Origin: Diadema antillarum
Taxonomy: Eukaryota
Assembly: GCF_040938485.1 (NCBI RefSeq)
Contig: NW_027272265.1
Span: 186,001 to 250,000 of the forward strand
Direction: 5' to 3'
Length of the DNA stretch: 64,000 nucleotides
Shown: one piece after another, positions 12,965-26,280 of the stretch
How positions within the stretch are numbered: the first letter of the stretch is position 1
Layout of the letters: every line of letters begins with the position of its first letter
Made by a program: the position numbers and the translations under genes
Notes under the pieces: model-generated
Seen by the model: the letters and a program-made list of their open reading frames with translations, nothing else
Told to the model about the DNA's origin: nothing
Databases searched by the model: none

Positions 12965-14550
12965 CCTGGTCAAATGATTAAGCAATATGCACCATTTTGG
13001 TGAAAACATATTTGTTTCCTTTCTTTATTGTATGATATTTCAATGGTATATTGTGACTGGTGGGATGCAAAAAGTGTACAAGCTTTGCTTTTCAGTGGGT
13101 CCCCCATCTTCATCCTCCAATTTATTTTAACCCATCGATTATGTATCTTTTCTTCATGTTATCCCCATCAGTATAATGAACCCTGCTTTTTAGATTACCA
13201 ATGTTGACATTTATTTACTTTCATTCACATTATGGTAAATAATACGCTGTTATCATATCAAGATGGAGGGGAAAAAATAAACTCGAACTTGACACTTGCA
13301 AATCCTCATGTTTTTCATTGTGAGTGCAAATCGCATACCGAAATAATTATAGACAAAGATGCAATGGCCTCAGAGTGTTTTATTGATCTGCAAATAAATC
13401 GTGTTCCTTGTTCTAATTAATGTTAAGCAGAAGAAGAAACAATTGATTAAACTTTCCAAAATAATCACCAAGTTGCTCATGACTGAGCAATAAAACTAAT
13501 AACTTTCAAAGAGATGGATACAATGATTTAATCTGTGACAATAAATAATGGATTGTCAAAATATTTTATGAGCAAACTGGTGAGAGGGTTTTGAACTTCT
13601 GAAATTGTCACTTCATCTCATTTGCATACTGTATATTGGTATTTGATTAAGACTGATATTTTATTTCAGAAAAACATGAAACTTTACAACTTTTCTCTTT
13701 AAGGAATTCAGTAATTACAAATTATTGATGGCAATTGGAAGGTTATTAGGTGCCAGAGGAGTTTATCAGCTGTGTGTGGTTTCAACAATCAAAAGCAAAA
13801 CAAAAACAATATAACAAAAACAAAGAGAATGAGATTCCAACAGGATGCAAAGTTAGAAAAAACCCTAAAATTCACATGGTCATAACTTTACATGTTTGTC
13901 CACATAAAACCTATTTACATGAATTCATGATAGTTTGTTGGATGTCAGTTTTCTCTCCTTTCACCAAAAAAACAAAAGAGAGAAATATCAAAAAAAAAAA
14001 TAAAAAGTCTCCTTCTGAGCTACATTCAGTGACAGTTTCTCTCAATGAAAATAAAAGAGGAATTACGATGACATCGATGGAAAATGCTTGAAATTTATTT
14101 GTTCGGTACAAAGATGTGTATCCTAGCTACATATGGACACGATCTAAAATTTCATTGAAACATGATTTCCATAATGACACACGTTATCATTTTCAACATT
14201 GGATTAAGCAAAGTGCATCATGAAAACAAAATTCAGATAGACACCCAAAAATGTTACAAGGTGAAACATTCTTCAAGAACATTATTGAAGTGATACATTC
14301 ATTCTTCACATGATAGGAGACAGCCCCAGGTTTTGAACTTTTCTTTGTTGATTTGTTTGTTATCATTATTAGCACTTTAAAGATACATGTATGTGGCATC
14401 CATATTTTTCTCCCATGCAAGCCTACATACAGAATCTGTACTCTGACACAGGTTACAAGATTATTCTCTTTCAGTTCAGGAGATAAAATATAAGAAACAA
14501 TTCAAGACAGAAGAAGAGATAAATACAATTTCCAAAAACGTACACAAGCT

Positions 14551-14932
14551 TTAAGGGATGGTAAATATATTTCTGGTTGAGATGAGCAATTCAGATTTTC
14601 ACTTTTTTTTTTGCGAGATAATTAGAAACTGCTTATGATATCAAAGAGGATACAATTCTTAAGAGAATGTCAAGGTTTGATTTGATGAAATGAAAATTGG
14701 CTTTGAAATGGCTGAGATATTTAAAAAAAAGGAAATGAAAGTGGTCCTAATAAAAGTCGGGTCCCACCTGTTATCGGGACCTCTTTGTTTTGGGATATCT
14801 CATTCATTTCAAAACCAATTTTTCATCAAATAAACTTTGAATTTCTCTTTCATATAAAGCAGTTTCTAATCATCTCACAAAAAGTTAAAATCTGAATCCC
14901 CCATCTCAACCAAAACTATATCATCCCTTTAA
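14551..14932. mobile_element. Kolobok-like MITE
   Basis: ttaagggatg...ggttgagatg at left; catctcaacc...catccctttaa at right. Confidence 0.7.
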
Positions 14933-15263
14933 CCATGACTTTTCTCCCCAGCCCCAGCCCCAGCAGCATACAGACTAATCATCAGGGCAACTCCAAGACA
15001 TATCAGCCAACCAGGTAACACAAAGAAATCCTTTAAGCTGATTAGTTATTGCTACACTACATAGCTGCTATACCAAAACATTATGTCTTTTTTTTCTTTG
15101 AAGTTGTAATGACCAAAAATGAGCACTTTACCTTAGAATTTTTACACAAGGTGGCAAATGATTTTGATACCAAAACCAGTACAGGGCTTGAAATGAATAT
15201 ATAAAAATCTCTACCATTTTCACACCGATTGAATGTGATTAGCAAAATTATCATCGAAATGCA

Positions 15264-15900
15264 CGGAGGTGCTGTGGCCGAGTGGATAAGAGTGCACGTC
15301 TCCGAATCACATGAGCTTGGTATGACACAGACTTCAACTCTCCTGCTTTCGACGGGAGATCTCCCGCCGAAAGCCCATTTTTGCAGAATCTCCCGGTCTC
15401 CCGCTTGGTGTTAACCTCTCCCGCTTGAAAGGATTTCTTACGTAATTTCATTGTATGTTGAAAAATAAGCCTTAAATAATGCGAGATAGCATCTAGAACC
15501 CTAGACCACAAGGGACTTTGCGCTCATAACGTGCGCAACTTGGAGTCTCCCGTTTGCCAGGGGCTTCAGGCGGGAGAATCTCCAGATCAGAAGGTGCTTG
15601 GGGTTGGAGTCTCTGGTATGAGTTAATGGGTTCGAGCTCAATGAAGTCTGACACGTTTGCCCTTCCGCACATCACTTTATCCACATTGCTGCTCTCCACC
15701 CAGGAGTATTTAATGGGTATCCGGAAGGATGAAAATGTCTATGTTTGTTGATTGGCATGCGTGTGCCTGTAAAATGGTGACTGGCTGGAATGCTCCCCAG
15801 GGAGTGGAGAGTGAGCACTAGTAGGGCCTACTGTCAATGCAAAACTATACACTATTTAGTGACCGGGATAATGCATAACATGTAAAGAGCATTGAAATTC
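15264..15900 (+). mobile_element. tRNA-derived SINE interrupted by a nested DNA element (15326-15615)
   Basis: A-box tggccgagtgg and B-box ggttcgagc are separated by the insert; colinear with the intact SINE copy at 18301-18630. Confidence 0.8.
15326..15615. mobile_element. hAT-like non-autonomous element; second copy in opposite orientation at ~19395-19763
   Basis: Imperfect TIR cacagacttcaac / gttggagtctctg; flanking duplication GTATGA at 15320-15325 and 15616-15621. Confidence 0.65.
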
Positions 15901-17083
15901 TTAACAAATCTGAAACGGGCTGTACAGAAATTAGGTATTGCTATTATTATCATGCTCATATTAGTGTTATTTCTAACAGGACAACAGAAGAAGAATTATA
16001 CAAATGCTTTCCCTGCATTAGTGGGCAAAATGATGTATTATTGTACTGCAGCAACTCAGTAGAATAAGATCCTTAGGACCAAGACACTTTGTTCTTTTTA
16101 TCAGACATTTGGTTATATCAGTAGCAGATAAACATTACAAAAAAAAGGAAATAAATTCATTGGGACCGGAGAAATTAGTTTGTTATATCAAGTATTTTGT
16201 TATATCAGATCTCTTTATATCGAGTTTCCACTGTAACTTCTTACAAAGGGTGTGTCTGGCTACAATTGGACAGAGCGTATTTAAAGCATGTACAAATGGG
16301 GACTCTGCCTGTCATTCACGATTAATGACAAAGCTTGGAAGCCCTCTAGTGGTCCCTCAAAGTAGAGTTGAGCCTGGCAATTTGGTGAGCGAAATCTTAA
16401 CCAATCAGTGCATGCAGCCTGCTGGCCACGCCCCTAGCCACACTCTAGTAGCTGATACAGATCTTTTTGTCCGTAACAGCAAATAATCTTCAAAATCTCT
16501 TTGTCACTCAATATACATCTCAAACATGGCATGATCAAACTTAAATTTAATTGCCATACATTACAATCAATCTAAGTTATCGCCTGCCTGTCACGCTGTG
16601 TACACTATCAAGTACAATGTTCGAGTGGGAAGATGGGGATGGGGGGGGGGGGGGAATCTCCAGATAAGGTACATTGTTACGATACATTGCATGTTACTAT
16701 GAAATTTCCACTGTCTCCATTTTTTCTTCCGTACAAGACAATGCATTTTTCCAAGGTTATATCAAGATCAGCTATACCAAAATAACTGCCGTAATGACAT
16801 GAATCTTGTGACTTCCAAAGAAGATGAAGGAAAAGACATGATGATGATTTTGGCAGCAGAATTACCCCTTGACTTGATGAGTTGGCAAAAGGGTCATGAC
16901 TTGATACTTTTACTGGGTTTCATTTACCCCTTAATATGCTTTAATCGTCGATTAAGAGTGTTTTCTTGCTGATAGGCACAAAAGACTGGAAACTATTCCT
17001 GTCAATGATTCTTGCATTGAGGTATTTTTTACTACAACATATTGCATGTAGCAATCAGAAGATTGTTTGTTTGAGTCAAACCA

Positions 17084-17252
17084 NNNNNNNNNNNNNNNNN
17101 NNNNNNNNNNNNNNNNNNNNNNNNNNNNNNNNNNNNNNNNNNNNNNNNNNNNNNNNNNNNNNNNNNNNNNNNNNNNNNNNNNNNNNNNNNNNNNNNNNNN
17201 NNNNNNNNNNNNNNNNNNNNNNNNNNNNNNNNNNNNNNNNNNNNNNNNNNNN
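17084..17252. other. Assembly gap (169 N)
   Basis: Run of N. Confidence 1.
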
Positions 17253-17959
17253 CATCATTACACAGCTGACAAATACAAGCCTTGATAGACTTTCAGCAAC
17301 AACATTACCAACTTGATATTTATACTTCACATGGCACCAACAATCTACAGTTAGACATTTCATTGCAGTCTACACATAAAGGTAACAAATGTGTCTGTTC
17401 CTTTGCATCCTTTGCTTTCTTTTGAACATAGTCTGCCATTTAAGCAGCTCTGTTCATGAACGATGTATTTGTGGTACCAAAATAGATGATAATAAAATAG
17501 ATCTAATGAGATCTGAACAGCATAAAAGTTCATTCCTGACTTGTCACCACAATACCCTGGTAAAATCACAGACATTTAAGCCAAGAAATTTGCAAAATAA
17601 GTAATGTGGTTGAAAGATATGATAAAACATTGGTTTCATACCTAAACTACATTCTGTCCAGATTTCATATTGAAGAAGTGTTTTTAAAAGAAGAATTCTT
17701 TAAAAGTTCTTCAGATGTATGGAAACAACAGTGTCATGTACTGGCCTAGGGCTCGAATAACAAGGTGTCCTCATTTCTCTTAAAACTGTGTTCACTGGGA
17801 ATGATAAAGAAATCAGAAAATTGATGTTCAACGACTCTTTTAGGCTCTTCTGGTGACATAATTGCACTTGCATCTGACTGAAAAATGCAATCCAAGCCTA
17901 AAGGCCGCAATGTGGGCACAACTGTGGTTTAATCAGACGACAGCATGGACCAAGGAGCG

Positions 17960-18084
17960 TCAACAGTTGAGCTGTGATTGGTGGACTGCGGATGTGTCCG
18001 TCTTCATCACCTCACGGAGGGCCATCGTGGCGTAGCAGGAGCTGGGCAGAGAGAACTCCACTTTGAGTGCCCGGAAACTGCCCT
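17960..18084 (-). CDS. PUS7: Pseudouridylate synthase 7 (TruD family), terminal coding exon
   Basis: Acceptor ggtttttcctgtatccaacag|AG; translation (E)[40 protein letters not shown] matches remembered human PUS7 C-terminus [40 protein letters not shown]. Confidence 0.92.
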
Positions 18085-18300
18085 CTGTTGGATACAGGAA
18101 AAACCAAGAGATGACCTTGCAACAAGAGGAACTACACATTCTACTACTGTAAGTGGTTTTACTGAAAACATGAACATAGGGCCCATTACCATATCATATA
18201 CCAAATTTATGTTTCTGGAATGTGTATATCATTCAAAGTACTACAAACATTTCATTAATTCTTTAATTCAGTCAGGTGTCCAGTCTTAGTTTGTTCTTTG

Positions 18301-18630
18301 CGGAGGTGTCGTGGCGGAGTGGATAAGAGCACATGTCTCTGAATCTTATGAGCGTGGTATGGGCTCTTGGGTTCGAGCCAAATAAAGTCTGACATGTCTG
18401 CCCTTCAGCAAGGCACTTTGTCCACATTGCTGCTCTCCACCTAGGAATATGAATGGGTACCCAGTAGGATGAGAATGTTGGTTGATCAGCATGACTTTGT
18501 GTGCGCCTAAGATGGCGACTGACTAGCATGCTCCCTAAGGAGTGGAGAGTGAGCACTGTCAGTGCTGGTGGAAATAATGCAGGCCTATCCAGTGATCGAG
18601 GTAATAACTGTATGTATGTGCCTTGTGCAC
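18301..18630 (+). mobile_element. tRNA-derived SINE (uninterrupted copy) in the last PUS7 intron
   Basis: A-box tggcggagtgg, B-box ggttcgagcc, body ccacattgctgctctccacc...ggagtggagagtgagcact shared with the 15264 copy. Confidence 0.8.
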
Positions 18631-19049
18631 GCTACAGAATGGATTTGGTCCAATATAAGTCATATGTATTCATCAGTTTGCATTCATAGTCATGGGGGGT
18701 CAGTCAATATGGGGGGATCCTTTTTAGTGGCCGTATACAGCAGGTGGCCGTTAAAGCTGGTTTGACTGTCATTACTGCTTTGAGCACCCAGTTGAAAGAG
18801 CATATAGTTCTGTACCAGTACCGTACATATACTTAGCACTATTATCATTATCATAAATATTATAGTAAAACAATGATAATGATATAAATACTGATTATCA
18901 TTATTGTTGCTATTTTTAATATCATCCCAATTGTAATCATCATATCATTAAAATAATTATTATTGGTAATCACATTTTCATTATTGTTACACATACAGGC
19001 CTACCGGTAATGGAGCACGTACTAGGTAGTCCCATGATTTGTACCTTAC

Positions 19050-19141
19050 CTGTTGGGAGCTGCTCAGACTCTGTGCTTTCCAGTTTCTCTAGGTCGGTCA
19101 GAGCCAGTGGAATCTTTACATTGTCGTAGGAATACAGCGCC
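19050..19141 (-). CDS. PUS7: PUS7 penultimate coding exon
   Basis: Acceptor ttttcgatttctgcttcacag|G, donor CAACAG|gtaagg; 92 nt (phase 2 to phase 1), splicing in frame to the 18084 exon. ALYSYDNVKIPLALTDLEKLESTESEQLPT resembles remembered human [30 protein letters not shown] (same length). Confidence 0.88.
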
Positions 19142-19782
19142 CTGTGAAGCAGAAATCGAAAATTAAAGACTGGAAGGGTAGCACTGACATGTCAATATGA
19201 GGACTTTCAATGGAAAACAAGTGAGATTTATTATTTGTTTGCCAGAGGCTGTTTATCACCCTGTATCATTTTTGTGTTGTGAGGCTGTGGTGACACACAT
19301 ACACACACCAAAAATCCATACAATGATAGAAAATATCATGCCATAGTATAATGTCTTCAGCACCTAATAGTTAACACATGCAGTGGGTATTCAGCAGAGA
19401 CCAGACTCCAACCCCAAGCACCTTCTGATCTGTAGATTCTCCCACCTGAAACCCTTAGCAAACGCAAAACTCCAACTTGATGTGCGCGAAGCACACATCA
19501 CAAGCGCAAAGCACGAGGTTCCTTGCGGCCGGGGTCCAGGGCTCGTTTAAGGGCCCTAATGCTCTAGGGTTCTAGATGCTCTCTCGTACGATTTCAGGCT
19601 TATTTTACCACATACAATAACACTGAGTACAAAATCATTTTAAGCGGGAGACACAGAGCCAGGGCAGGAGAAATTAAATCTAGAGCGGGAGAATGGGAGA
19701 TTTTGCAAAAATGGGCTTTCGGCGGGAGATCTCTCATCGAAAGCGGGAGAGTCAGAGTCTCTAACTCGGCAATCACGTAACA

Positions 19783-20349
19783 TTAAAGGACAAGTTCACC
19801 TTCATAGACATGTGGGTTGAGTGAATGCAGCAATATTAGTAAAACACATCAGTGAGAGTTTGAGCAAAATCGGACAATCCGTTCAAAAGTTATGAATTTT
19901 TGAAGTTTCTGCTGAGTCACGGCTGGATGAAAAGACTACTATAGCTTGTGATGTCACATGAGTACAACGATATAAAGAAAGAATAAAGAAAATTCAACAT
20001 ATTTCCATTTTTCTCGCATAACAAAAGAACACTCGACTTCTCTCTTTCAGAAGGCAGGGGGAATAATATTACCCTTAACATACGTCAGTAGCAAGTCGAA
20101 GAAATGTGCACTTTATTCAAAAAGTAAAGTTTTGTGAAATTCTCTTTTTATTTTCCTTATACAGTTGTACGCATTTGACATCATACACTGTAGTAGTCTT
20201 CTCTTCCAGCAGTGACTGCGCAGATACTTAAAATATTCGTAACTTTTGAACGGATTGGTCAATTTTCCTCAAACTTTCACTGATGTGTTCTACTAATATT
20301 GCTGCATTCTCTCAATCCTTATGTATATGAAGGTGGACTTGTCCTTTAA
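19783..20349. mobile_element. Kolobok-like MITE; related fragments at ~20760-21335 and ~57330-57785
   Basis: TTAA-aggacaagttcaccttcat ... atgaaggtggacttgtcct-TTAA. Confidence 0.8.
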
Positions 20350-22140
20350 TGGAATATGCAGTGAAGTCTTTCCAAAGTATTATAGCCTCAAACTTGTTAC
20401 ACAACTCGAAAAAAAAGAGAGAAAAGTATTGCAAGCAAAGGAGAACACTAGATATCTTTGATTTTTTTTTTCTTCCTGGTATGTGTGTGCCTATGCATGT
20501 TCAGTATTAAAGGGGATTTCCCTACTCAGAGATCAAAGCAGGAACAGCACTTGTTTTATGTACTTGCATTGACCACTGACCTATAATGAATGAAGACAAC
20601 GTTCTGCAGTCCACATTTACAATGACACTAAAGATGAAAAGGAGCTGTGCAAAGCTCATATACTAAAGCAATACATGATAACTCACCAGCATCAAACAAT
20701 GAAAGTACAGTCTTTACTTAAAGGGATAAAGGGAAATAGTATAGGCCCTACCCAATATGATATGTGAATTGAGTGAATGTAGCAATATTAGTAGAACATG
20801 TCAGTTAAGTTTGAGAAAAATCAGAAAATATATTCACAAGTAATTATTTTCTTAAAAGCTTTTGTGAGGCCATCGGTGGATGAGAAGACTGCAAGAGTTT
20901 GTGACGTCACTGTAGGACAACCATACAAAGAAAATAAAGGAGAATGATAAACATATTCTTACTTTTCCAAATTCATGAAATTCTTCCGTCGAGATCAGGA
21001 GGTCTTAGGTTCGAATCCTGGCTATCATGGCTATACTACTAAAACACTAATTAATTCAGTACTTATTTACGTCGATGCAGGGCAATTTGTCAATCAGTTG
21101 CAATATTCTTACTTGTTCGGCTTTTCTCTACAGAAGGCAGGTGGAATAATATTTACCACTGCATGTGTCAATAGCAAGTCAAGGCAATATGAACTTTTCA
21201 TTAGAAATATCAAATTTCATGGAATTCTCTTAATATTTTTTTTTTCTTGCGGTGACTTTTTTTTTCTCACTCTCGTTAGACCAAAAATAAAATTCTGTTC
21301 CTTCTTCCAAAAATTTGTTAATCTGAAAGTGACATGAGCTTTGGTTATTCCCAATGCTTGTTAGCCTGCAAATGAAGTCAGGTTCTTTAGTCTGAACCTT
21401 ATATGGTATACATCAACTCATACATAAGGTTAGAATGCATTAAGAAAAAAAAATGTATTAACACTCCTGTCTTTTCTGATGAATAATGATAAACTTACAT
21501 TAAAGAAACATCCCAAAGTACATAAAAGATAAGGTACTGTCAAATTACATTAGGCATGTTGCTACTAGCTGCAGCTCTTGCCCCGGTCATTAATAGCTAA
21601 CCATTCCCATGGGCGCAGAGAGCTTTGCGAGCACAACTGGTGAGTAGAATTGTGTCTCTAATACACTATTATAAATCTACACACCTCTTTGGTAACCCCA
21701 TCCTGTAGAAGTAAAGGGGAGCAGTTTGGGGTCGTTATTCTGATCTGTGGCATATCAGCACATCTTTACCATGGCCGTTTTTGTACCAGCCGAGAAACGT
21801 AACTGCAATGCTTAATTACAATGAAGATTACAATTACAAAGAATCGTCATCCAGGAGAAGGAGGTGTGGCTTCTTTAAGAGTTCAAATCAATCATTCTTG
21901 AGCGGTAAGCAGCGAGTGCTTTGACTGCGGTGCGAGCGTTTGAGGAACACTGTGTTGCGGAAGTGGTTGGAAGGTCCTCACAAGCTTTGCCCCCAAAACA
22001 TGATTTGGAGCTAGGCACACAATCCACACACACTACTTTTTCGTTCCATAATTCTTGAGCATCATGACTGGAAAACTCCTCTGGACCGTCATTTGAATCA
22101 CAACTGGAATTGTGACTTAACTCACCCTCCACGATTCCAT

Positions 22141-23777
22141 GGTGGTATTCTGAAAATCTTCCTAGGAACTTCTTAATGCACATTAGGCCATCCTTATCCC
22201 CACCCACGTCCATTCTTAAGCCAATACGAAACGCCGTATCATAAGGAACCATGGCAACCAATGACAATCGCATATTTCTTATGATGTAGGGTTAAATACA
22301 TGTGTGCGCGGCATGTCCCCTTTCTCATGTCCATTGCATGCATCAAAGTACATGTTGTACGCAGTGAATGACATATGTGCCTATAGTCCATGGGCCAAGA
22401 CCCGAAAAATGGGTTGTTGGTACCATCTGAGGTGGCACAACCTTTTTGGTGTCAGTTTGTTTGTCGGGCAGAGATATGCTTATCAAGCTATGATAGCATT
22501 TCCAAATGAGTAGCTTAGTCATAATAAATGAATTTTTAACCAATTTGGTCTCGTTTTTATATCCCTATACTTCTGAATCGAAACTAAACCGCTATACAAA
22601 GAAGAGCACTGCCTTCTGTATGTCCACAGGTGTTCTGTTGTAAACGCGGTGCGCTTAGTCTTTATTCAAGGCAGCGAAGGGAATATCCAAAGGGTTATGA
22701 TGTCCACAGCTGTCACGAGGTGCGCTTAGTCTTTATCTAAACCAATGTACCGTTATCATATCTAAAGTTCCTCATAAAAGGGATTATCTATACTGTTTTT
22801 ATACTACCCTATCAACAAATACATCAGTTTTAAACAAAAATCACTCTGTTCATTTACAATCATTCATTATAATGTATCGTAGTGTACCGGTACATTGTTT
22901 TTGCATTATCTTATATTGTTGGAGGGAAATAAAGCGACATTGTCGTGGTATCAGCGTTTTCACCGTAGCGTTTTCGCCAGAAAATGATAAATAATTGAAA
23001 GATACGGTAAAATTCACGAGGAAGTGCTTTTGTTGTTGTTGTTGTCTTTAGATAAAAGCATATACACTGCATCATACGCTTTGGATATTCCCTTCGCCGT
23101 CTAGAATAAAGACTAAGCGCTGTGGACCTCATAACCTTTGGATATTCCCTTCGCTGCCTTGAATAAAGACTAAGCGCACCGCGTTTACAATAGAACACCT
23201 GTGAACATACCATAAGAGCTGCATTTTACAGCTCCTATGGAACATACAGAAGACAGTGCTCTTCTTCGTATAGCGGTTAGTTTCGATTCAGAAGTATAGG
23301 GATATAACAACGAGACCAAATTGGTTAAAAATTCATTTACTATGACTAAGCTACTCATTTGGAAATGCTATCATAGCTTGATAAGCATATCTATGCCCGA
23401 CAAACAAAATGACACCAAAAAGGTTTTGCCACCTCAGATGGTACCAATATCTGGCCTGGCCCATGGACTACTATCACTATGTTTGCAGCTTGCTACCGTA
23501 TATCTTAACAACGTACATAGGACAGGGGTGGGACTTTCCTAAATATCTTCCTAAAATTCTTTTCTAAGTGCATTCTAGAATACCAACTTCTTCCTAAGTC
23601 AGAAATTTGCATATCTCATCCTCATTTGCATATCTTCCTAAGTTTCTTCCTAAATTTAGAAAAAAAAAATAGGAAGAAACCTAGGAAGAAACTTAGAAAG
23701 ATTTTCAGAATACCACTGAGGAAAAAATCCTGACTTAGGAAGATATTTCTTCCTACAAAGGATTTCAGAATACCACC
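22141..23777. mobile_element. MITE carrying a nested element
   Basis: TIR ggtggtattctgaaa / tttcagaataccacc; internal cttcctaag repeats. Confidence 0.65.
22384..23470. mobile_element. Foldback-type element with ~350-bp inverted arms and CTA flanks
   Basis: tagtccatgggcc ... ggcccatggacta; the ORF pair 22343..22543(-) and 23321..23542(+) both reading MVKNSF.MTKLLIWKCY reflects the arms; CTA at 22381-83 and 23471-73. Confidence 0.8.
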
Positions 23778-24115
23778 CCCAGTTTGCATAAACACAGCCA
23801 TTTGAATCGTGATTCTACAGTGATGCACAATTACCATCGTAATTCAAATTAAATATTCACATATGTGTGAAAACAGCCCAAGACTATCTTTGGGTTTCCC
23901 CATCTTGTAGGAGCAAAGAGGGATGGCTCTTTAGGATTGTAAGCTTGAGCTGTGCACATATACTTGTATTATCACTATTTATCTTTTTGGCAAGATAAGA
24001 CAGAAGTAATCACATTACATATTTTCGGTATGTGTGAAAACAGACCAAGACTATCTTTGGACTATCTTTGGGTTTCCCCATCCTGTAGAAGAAAAGAGGG
24101 GTGGCACTTTAGGAC

Positions 24116-24673
24116 TTAAAGGTAGGGGATACCTTTTACAGACCTCCCAAAATGCAGCAAAACATTAATATGAACCTCAGGGGACTTGCTTAGGCCACTG
24201 CTTAGAAATTTGGAAGTCAACAGTTATCTAAAATTTGAATAATGCACAAAACTCAACTTCTCAGTAGTTCTGTGTGTCAGCCACACTTAAGCCTTTTTGT
24301 TGCATTCTTCTGTATTTGTGATCTATAAACACAAATCTAAAAGTACAAGAGCTGATGTAATAACATATAGAGTGCATGGCAAGAATGTATATAGAAATGT
24401 TAGTAGGTGTTGATGAACTTTCTTCACAAAATATACATGATGGACACACATGCAGTACATGGGTCTGCAAAGGTAGCCTAGTAATGTACTGGAATTTACG
24501 GTGAGCCCCGAAAACAATTCAATTCAAAATCTAACGGTCAAAAAAATGTACTAAATGTTACCTTCCACTTTCAATACTTTATGGGAGTTTCTAATATGAT
24601 ACTCTCTTCAACATACCGCTGTATTTATACAACTCTTCATTTAAGGCGTGCAAATGGGATTCCCTACCTTTAA
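24116..24673. mobile_element. Kolobok-like MITE inserted in the upstream repeat array
   Basis: TTAA-aggtagggga ... ttccctacct-TTAA; host repeat resumes colinearly (gcttgaactg). Confidence 0.75.
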
Positions 24674-24792
24674 GCTTGAACTGTAACATACTTGTATTAT
24701 CACTATTTATATTATTATCTTTTTGGCAAGATAAGACAGAAGTAATCACATTACACATTCTCAGTATGTGTGAAAACAGTACTGGTATCACT

Positions 24793-26280
24793 AGGCGTGT
24801 CTTCATCAGCCCGAAGTTTCAAAATAGCGCGCTATCTTGCGGTTACCAAACTAGTCCGATGTCAAAATAGCGCGCTATCTGTGTAGTGAAGACGCAGATA
24901 GCGCGCTATCTGATCGGGAAAATTTCCCCCAAAATCTTGGTCTAGTTCGTCAACTAGAGCGCTAATTCGTGAAATAGCGCGCTATCTTGGGGTGCGTCTC
25001 CATCAGCCCGAAATTTTCTCGATCCCTCTACGCTTCTGGTTAGCCAGCTGGCAATGGAAAGCGCATGTACAAGCAGCTAGTGATTGTGTATAGTACATTA
25101 TAAAATGGGTTCAAGAATGTAGCCAATTGGAAGCGCTGAAATGAGTCACGTGTGCGTGCATTATTTTCTTCAGGTAAGCACTAAGAAGAGTCTCTCTTCC
25201 ACCTCCCTGGCCTGACGTACGTCACAATGTTTTACACTAGCAGTGCGCACTCAATCAGTTGTTACAAGTGCGTCACGCGCTACTATACGCGCTGTCAATC
25301 CTGTAAACAAGTTCTAGTTCGGGCCGCGGGCTGCCACAACAGCCGGCGGCCTTTCTTGTGCATAACAGTACGTGGCGTACGTAATATACTCTTATACGTA
25401 CGTACAGTAGTGCGGGATTTCCGAGTGCACGTGCGTAAATGTTTGGGACGAACATCTTCGGACATCTTGACTTTTGAGCGAGTGCTACATGTAGCTGACT
25501 GGTATTGACCCACAAAGGTACGTGAATAATGCTTTTAGTTTTCGACCCATTTTATAAAACTAATGATGCACAGGATTATTTCGTGGCGTTAGTGAAGGTG
25601 CGGCTCACTCTCGAGTATTGACAACGGTTGCAAACATGCACTCGGCTGCGCCTCGTGCATGTCGCACCATTGTCAATACTCTCGAGCGCGCCGCACCTTC
25701 ACTAACACACTCTATCCTGTGCATCATTAGTATATTACACGCTCGGTGTATTCAAGGATCACATGTGTGTACTATAGGCCTACTGTTGTTGTCATCTTTA
25801 AAACCAGGGAGGTGATTTCTCTCACCTCCCTATTAAAACTCAGTGCCGTGCATGCTAGCTGTTTTTTTGTAAACTTCTTCTTCTGGTCCACTCTACCTTA
25901 GCTGAAGATTCTTGCAGATTGTGTGCATTTTGGATTTGTTTAAACATTGCAATTCGTTAATTTCATATAAGATGCCTCACTGGACAGAAGAAAGAGTAGC
26001 GTTATTAATATCCCTTTGGAGAGAATTTGCTGTACTGCTCACCTCCCTGGTTGTAGAATCGTACATACGGTGATATAGGAGATTTTGAGCGGGGAAATCC
26101 ACTTTCGAACCGCGAGCCAGGCAGAGTAATATTGCAAAGTGCGCATGCGTCAATTTTCGGACTAATTTCCCGAAGCAGGCTGTTCGAGCTGATGAAGACG
26201 CACATTCGCTGTATCGGGCTATTTTCTAAGACCGCAAAATGTCCCGCTAGTTTGAACTTCGGGCTGATGAAGACACGCCT
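24793..26280. mobile_element. 1.49-kb non-autonomous DNA element with perfect 26-bp TIRs
   Basis: aggcgtgtcttcatcagcccgaagtt / aacttcgggctgatgaagacacgcct; subterminal atagcgcgctatct repeats; no transposase ORF seen. Confidence 0.8.

Noticed and set aside
10762-20522. Other kB-like motifs (ggggaaatcc at 10766, ggatttcccc at 11381, ggggatttccc at 20512)
   Set aside because: They are, or resemble, Kolobok-type termini (ttaaagggg), so they are not counted as regulatory. They also show such motifs can arise from TEs.
20687-20716. 30-nt minus-strand exon-like segment (ag|TAAAGAC...GATGCTG|gtgagt, reading xKTVLSLFDA)
   Set aside because: Its only open frame is phase 1 to 1, incompatible with the phase-2 PUS7 exon at 19141, and it does not resemble PUS7.
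21875-22273. 132-aa minus-strand ORF
   Set aside because: Runs through a MITE end at 22141, has no recognisable motif and no convincing splice context.
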